Assembly (NCBI GenBank): GCA_002392285.1
Contig: DGGR01000046.1
Coordinates: 15,920 to 26,565, forward strand
Length of the DNA: 10,646 nucleotides
Source of the DNA: Verrucomicrobia bacterium UBA3869
GTDB taxonomy: Bacteria; Verrucomicrobiota; Verrucomicrobiia; Opitutales; UBA9783
Direction: 5' to 3'
Position numbers and translations under genes: made by a program. The notes under the pieces are model-generated. The model was not told the origin of the DNA. It saw only the letters and a program-made list of their open reading frames with translations, and did not search any database. Position 1 is the first letter of the stretch, and every line of letters begins with the position of its first letter. Below, piece by piece: positions 7,239-10,646 of this stretch.

Positions 7239-8072
7239 ATGGTAAATCAAAACGATGATTTGGTTTCTCATTATGGGAAACAATGGCGGGATTTTGATGG
7301 GCGTGGACGCTCCAAGGAAGAAGTTTTGGAAGAATTCCATGGATACTTTGATATTTTCCCATTTGACCAGTTACCTGCAACCGCTGAGGGATTTGATGCA
7401 GGTTGCGGCATGGGACGCTGGGCGTATTTTGTGGCTGATAAGGTAAAGCGGCTGAATTTGATCGAGCCTTCTGATGCAATTGAGGTTGCCAAAACCGTTT
7501 TGCAAGGAAAGTCGAATGTTCATTTTTACAAACGAACGATCAACGATATGCCGTTGCCGGATAATTCACAGGATTTTGGCTACTGCTTGGGGGTGTTGCA
7601 CTACATCCCTGATCCATGCTCGGCTATGAAAGCCTGTGTCGATAAATTGAAGCCAGGCGCTCCGTTTTTGGTCTACATGTATTATAATTTTGAAAACCGA
7701 CCGGAATGGTTTAAGGCTATCTGGCGGTGTACTGATATAGTCCGTCGGTGTATTAGCCGTATGCCTTATTTTTGGCGGAAATTATGCACCGATATCATTG
7801 CGCTTACGGTTTATTGGCCGCTTGCAAAATTATCTTGGGTGCTAGAAAAGCTAGGGGTTAATGTATCTAATATCCCTTTGAGTGCGGTGCGTAAAAGTTC
7901 TTTGTATAGCATGCGGCTTTGGAGTTTAGATCGTTTTGGTTCTAGGATAGAGCATCGATTTTCAAAGCAAGATATTGCCACCCTAATGACTCAATGCGGT
8001 TTGGAACGCATTACATTTGGAACTAATCCAGAGGTTAATTGGTGCGCCATCGGTTATAAGCGGGAAGCGTAA
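7239..8072 (+). CDS. Class I SAM-dependent methyltransferase (substrate unknown) with a hydrophobic or amphipathic C-terminal extension
   Basis: The protein is 277 aa. SAM-binding motif I is FDAGCGMGRW, the post-I acidic residue is in LIEPSD, and the motif II/III region is FGYCLGVLHYIPDP...LKPGAPFLV. The C-terminal ~110 aa are rich in W, F and L (WFKAIWRC...ALTVYWPLAKLSWVLEKLG). Confidence 0.75.
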   Translation: MVNQNDDLVSHYGKQWRDFDGRGRSKEEVLEEFHGYFDIFPFDQLPATAEGFDAGCGMGRWAYFVADKVKRLNLIEPSDAIEVAKTVLQGKSNVHFYKRTINDMPLPDNSQDFGYCLGVLHYIPDPCSAMKACVDKLKPGAPFLVYMYYNFENRPEWFKAIWRCTDIVRRCISRMPYFWRKLCTDIIALTVYWPLAKLSWVLEKLGVNVSNIPLSAVRKSSLYSMRLWSLDRFGSRIEHRFSKQDIATLMTQCGLERITFGTNPEVNWCAIGYKREA

Positions 8073-8080
8073 TAGGCTCT

Positions 8081-9925
8081 ATGTGTGGTATAGCAGGAAT
8101 TTGGAATTTGAACGATGGTATGCCGGCAATCGAACAAGTATTGCCGCCCATGCTAAAGGTTTTAAGTCATCGTGGGCCAAACCATTCGGGGACTTGGATT
8201 CATGAATCTATTGGGTTAGGTCAGACCCTATTGGCTATCTGCGATGTTAGCCCCTTTAGCTATCAACCGATGGTTAGCGACGATAAGCGCTATGTCCTTG
8301 TTTTTAACGGTGAAATTTACAATTATCGCTCCTTAGCGAAAGAATTGCAGGCAGCAGGGGTTCATTTTGAGGTACATAACGATACGCAAGTGTTGTTGCA
8401 TGCGTGCATCCAGTGGGGGGTTGAAAAAGCATTGCCGAAGCTCAATGGGATGTTCGCGTTTGCCTTATACGACACTCAAGAGAAGCAGTTGGTGGTAGCC
8501 CGCGATCGTTTGGGCGAAAAGCCTTTGTATTATGCATATGAATCCAATCGCTTTTTTGCGTTCGCATCTGAATTAAAGGCGCTACGTACCTTGCCCCAAT
8601 TTGATGATGCTTTGGATGAAGTCGCTTTACAGCTTTTTTTAAGGAATTTTTATGTTCCCTGCCCCTATTCCATCAATAAAGGCGCACGTAAGTTATTTCC
8701 CGGCCATTATTTAACGTTAAAAGACGGGGTATTAACGGAGCGTAGTTATTATGATCTGGAATCAGAATTGGAGCATCGTACCTACCTAAAAGCTTCTGCA
8801 GCTTCTATTGTTGATCAATTGGATGATTTACTGAACCAATCGGTTAAGGAACGGATGTGCGCAGATGTGCCGGTAGGAGCTTTTTTATCCGGTGGAATTG
8901 ATTCTTCCTTAGTGGTTGCGTTGATGCAACGTCATACAGTAAAACCGGTTAAGACGTTTAGTGTGGGTTATAAAAAAGCCCGTTTTGATGAATCACCGTA
9001 TGCTGAAGCGATTGCTAAGCATTTAAAAACCGATCATACGACCTTGTTTTTGCCACCGACAGACTTGTTAGAAGTGATCCATTCGATTACGCATATTTAT
9101 GATGAGCCCTTTGCAGATCCGGCTGCTTTACCGACTTACATCATGTCCAAATTGGCCAAGCAGTCGGTAAGTGTGGTATTAACGGGCGATGGGGGAGATG
9201 AATTGTTTGCGGGTTATCCAGAGTATAAACGCTTAGCTACTTTATTCCGACTCAAACCTTTGTTCCCAGAAGGTGTACTGTCTTTTTTGCAACAGTTTAA
9301 TCGCCGCATCTTAAGGCCGATAGCGCCTAAGTTTGCGCGACGCAACTTACGTGCGTTGAATATATTGCAAATGCACGATTTGTTGGAAGGTTATATGCAC
9401 GTTAATGAAGGGTGGGTGTTAGATTCTCCTTTACAAAACACATGGTATCGCTTACCCAATACAGCATTAACAGTAGCAGAACAGGTTATGTTTTTGGATC
9501 TGCGTACGCGCTTTACGGATGCGTATTTGTGTAAGGTAGACCGTGCGGCTATGGCGGCTAGTTTAGAAGCCCGTGCACCAATTATTGATTACGGTATTGT
9601 CGATTTTGCCTTATCGATTCCTTTTCATCAAAAGCTACTGCATGGAACTAAGAAGTATTTGTTGAAACAAGTTTTAAATCGTTATGTGCCGCGCGCTTTG
9701 TGGGATCGTCCTAAATGTGGATTCCAAATGCCCCTGGCGGATTTATTCCGTACATCGTTGAAACCGACCATGGAACGTTATTTAGCGGCCGATACTCCTG
9801 TATGGAAGTATTTAGACCGTTCAACCGTTCAGGCGTTTTGGCAACAGCATTTATCAGGGCGCATTACGCATGAAATCGTTTTATGGAATTTCTTTGTTGC
9901 CCAACAGTTTTTGCTTAAAGAATAG
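8081..9925 (+). CDS. asnB: Asparagine synthase family (glutamine-hydrolysing, AsnB/WbpS-like) amidotransferase
   Basis: The protein is 614 aa. It has the N-terminal nucleophile MCGIAG, the class II GATase motifs FNGEIYN, NDTQVLL, GMFAFALYD and ARDRLGEKPLYY, and the PP-loop SGGIDSS. DEPFADPAALP, LTGDGGDELFAGY and KVDRAAMAASLEARAPIID are typical of the synthetase domain. Confidence 0.9.
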   Translation: MCGIAGIWNLNDGMPAIEQVLPPMLKVLSHRGPNHSGTWIHESIGLGQTLLAICDVSPFSYQPMVSDDKRYVLVFNGEIYNYRSLAKELQAAGVHFEVHNDTQVLLHACIQWGVEKALPKLNGMFAFALYDTQEKQLVVARDRLGEKPLYYAYESNRFFAFASELKALRTLPQFDDALDEVALQLFLRNFYVPCPYSINKGARKLFPGHYLTLKDGVLTERSYYDLESELEHRTYLKASAASIVDQLDDLLNQSVKERMCADVPVGAFLSGGIDSSLVVALMQRHTVKPVKTFSVGYKKARFDESPYAEAIAKHLKTDHTTLFLPPTDLLEVIHSITHIYDEPFADPAALPTYIMSKLAKQSVSVVLTGDGGDELFAGYPEYKRLATLFRLKPLFPEGVLSFLQQFNRRILRPIAPKFARRNLRALNILQMHDLLEGYMHVNEGWVLDSPLQNTWYRLPNTALTVAEQVMFLDLRTRFTDAYLCKVDRAAMAASLEARAPIIDYGIVDFALSIPFHQKLLHGTKKYLLKQVLNRYVPRALWDRPKCGFQMPLADLFRTSLKPTMERYLAADTPVWKYLDRSTVQAFWQQHLSGRITHEIVLWNFFVAQQFLLKE

Positions 9926-9931
9926 CTCTAT

Positions 9932-10646
9932 TTAATCCTTTGCGAGTTGCAGGTGTGTTCCATTAAGGATGGTGGTTGTATGACCCGAATCGAGTTTCAA
10001 TTGCAAGCTGCCGTTAGGTAAAACTGCCTGAAATAGCCCGTTTAGCCATTGTTGCTGGTCTTCGTCGAAAATGGTAACGTTTTGATGAAGATATAACCAG
10101 TGGGAGCTGCAGGCATCGCTTAAGGCGATGGGTTGATTCGAATAGCTTAACCAATGGCTCATAAATAGTCGCGAAAAACGTTGAATTTTTTCAAAAATAG
10201 CGGTTTGCGAGAACAGGCTATTTTGATTTAATAACTGCCTTACGGAGGTAACGGGTTGGTCGATGGTCTTAAAAGCTTCCAGATTGTAGTTGATTCCAAC
10301 TCCGATGGTAACCCAATGTCCGCGAATCCTTGCTAAACATCCGCTGATTTTTGCGCCGCCTACACAAACATCGTTGGGCCATTTTAAGTGTGCCGCTTGG
10401 GGAATTTCCTGTTCGAGAAATGTACAAACCGTGTAGGCAGCTAACTGAGCAAAGGGCAGGATTTGATGGGCGTTAAAGATTAAATTGATATGGAAATCAT
10501 GGGTGCCTGATAACCATGAGCGTTGATGGGAACCGACGCCGTGGGTTTGGGTATGAGCTACAATGACCTTTAGGTGATTAGGGTCTATCCGTAACTTACT
10601 TTGGCGCAAAGCCCATTGGTGCGTAGACGGTAGGGGGGGGGAGCAG
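9932..10646 (-). CDS. birA: Biotin--[acetyl-CoA-carboxylase] ligase (group I BPL, no HTH seen within the window), 5' end beyond the right window edge
   Basis: The protein carries the KWPNDV motif, AKISGCL (the catalytic Lys context), GVGINYN and a C-terminal BPL_C-like domain. The reading frame stays open upstream of the TTG at 10609 that the ORF track used as a start. That upstream stretch encodes ...CSPPLPSTHQWAL, which contains the conserved BPL N-terminal STN-like motif, so the true start lies outside the window. Confidence 0.85.
   Translation of the reverse strand, partial: CSPPLPSTHQWALRQSKLRIDPNHLKVIVAHTQTHGVGSHQRSWLSGTHDFHINLIFNAHQILPFAQLAAYTVCTFLEQEIPQAAHLKWPNDVCVGGAKISGCLARIRGHWVTIGVGINYNLEAFKTIDQPVTSVRQLLNQNSLFSQTAIFEKIQRFSRLFMSHWLSYSNQPIALSDACSSHWLYLHQNVTIFDEDQQQWLNGLFQAVLPNGSLQLKLDSGHTTTILNGTHLQLAKD
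10633..10641. repeat. Homopolymeric G9 tract (C9 on the birA coding strand)
   Basis: This was read directly from the sequence: tagggggggggag at 10631-10643. It is the longest homopolymer I saw in the window; the other runs are 7 nt or shorter. Confidence 0.95.

Noticed and set aside
7219-7492. A cluster of three alternative-frame ORFs (7219-7479 -, 7271-7492 -, 7255-7446 +) over the 5' end of the methyltransferase gene
   Set aside because: The annotated frame carries the SAM motif I (DAGCGMGRW) in exactly this region. The alternative frames have no motifs and look like chance stop-free stretches.
8017-8205. A 62-aa ORF spanning the methyltransferase/asnB junction
   Set aside because: It is out of frame with both well-supported genes. 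The asnB start is fixed by the obligatory N-terminal Met-Cys nucleophile at 8081.
8081-9925. AsnB homologue considered as a lasso-peptide cyclase, a beta-lactam synthetase or another RiPP or natural-product enzyme
   Set aside because: The N-terminal Cys nucleophile and GATase motifs are retained, whereas lasso cyclases lack them. There is no adjacent precursor peptide, transglutaminase-like protease or other biosynthetic gene in the window.
9921-9934. Convergent asnB (TAG at 9923-9925) and birA (TAA complement at 9932-9934) stops only 6 bp apart, with a near-palindrome AATAG-ct-CTATT
   Set aside because: The arms are 5 bp with a 2-nt loop, which cannot form a stable hairpin, and no terminator is visible. 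Tight convergent spacing is common in compact genomes, so I do not call a feature.
10607-10609. TTG at 10609 used by the ORF track as the birA start
   Set aside because: The frame remains open to the window edge. The upstream residues (LPSTHQWAL) match the conserved N-terminal STN-type motif of biotin protein ligases, so the real start is outside the window.
1-10646. Search for mobile elements, CRISPR arrays, toxin-antitoxin or phage-defence modules, tRNA/rRNA/ncRNA genes and long direct or inverted repeats
   Set aside because: Coding density is near-continuous with recognisable housekeeping or T3SS genes. The only gap over 40 bp is 75 bp. I recognised no repeat arrays, integrase, transposase or nuclease motifs, or cloverleaf-like segments by eye. 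A computational repeat or ncRNA scan was not possible here.

Overview
The window is gene-dense, with 12 CDS (11 on the + strand), very short intergenic gaps and several overlapping stop/start codons. It reads as core chromosome of a Chlamydia-related (phylum Chlamydiae-like) bacterium. That lineage call is inference from gene content and protein motifs and was not computed. From left to right the window contains: (i) a fragment of a non-flagellar type III secretion (T3SS) locus, made up of the 3' part of an sctP-like gene cut by the left edge, then sctQ and sctR; (ii) a 75-bp spacer with a sigma70-like promoter, followed by a small predicted lipoprotein and a DoxX-like membrane protein; (iii) tig-clpP-clpX-rsmE, chained to the DoxX gene by 1-4 nt stop/start overlaps; (iv) a class I SAM methyltransferase and an AsnB-type glutamine amidotransferase 8 bp apart; (v) a convergent birA whose 5' end runs off the right edge. 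By eye I saw no rRNA or tRNA genes, CRISPR arrays, transposases, integrases, long repeats or recognisable defence genes. I do not find a convincing wholly new multi-gene system here. The points worth follow-up are: the T3SS block stops after sctR with no sctS, sctT or sctU; sctQ has a likely internal translation start; SctR carries a loop insertion; an orphan lipoprotein/DoxX pair sits between the T3SS genes and tig; AsnB and BirA have atypical active-site motifs; and a 9-nt poly-G tract lies inside birA at the window edge. All homology statements come from motif recognition by eye, not from searches.
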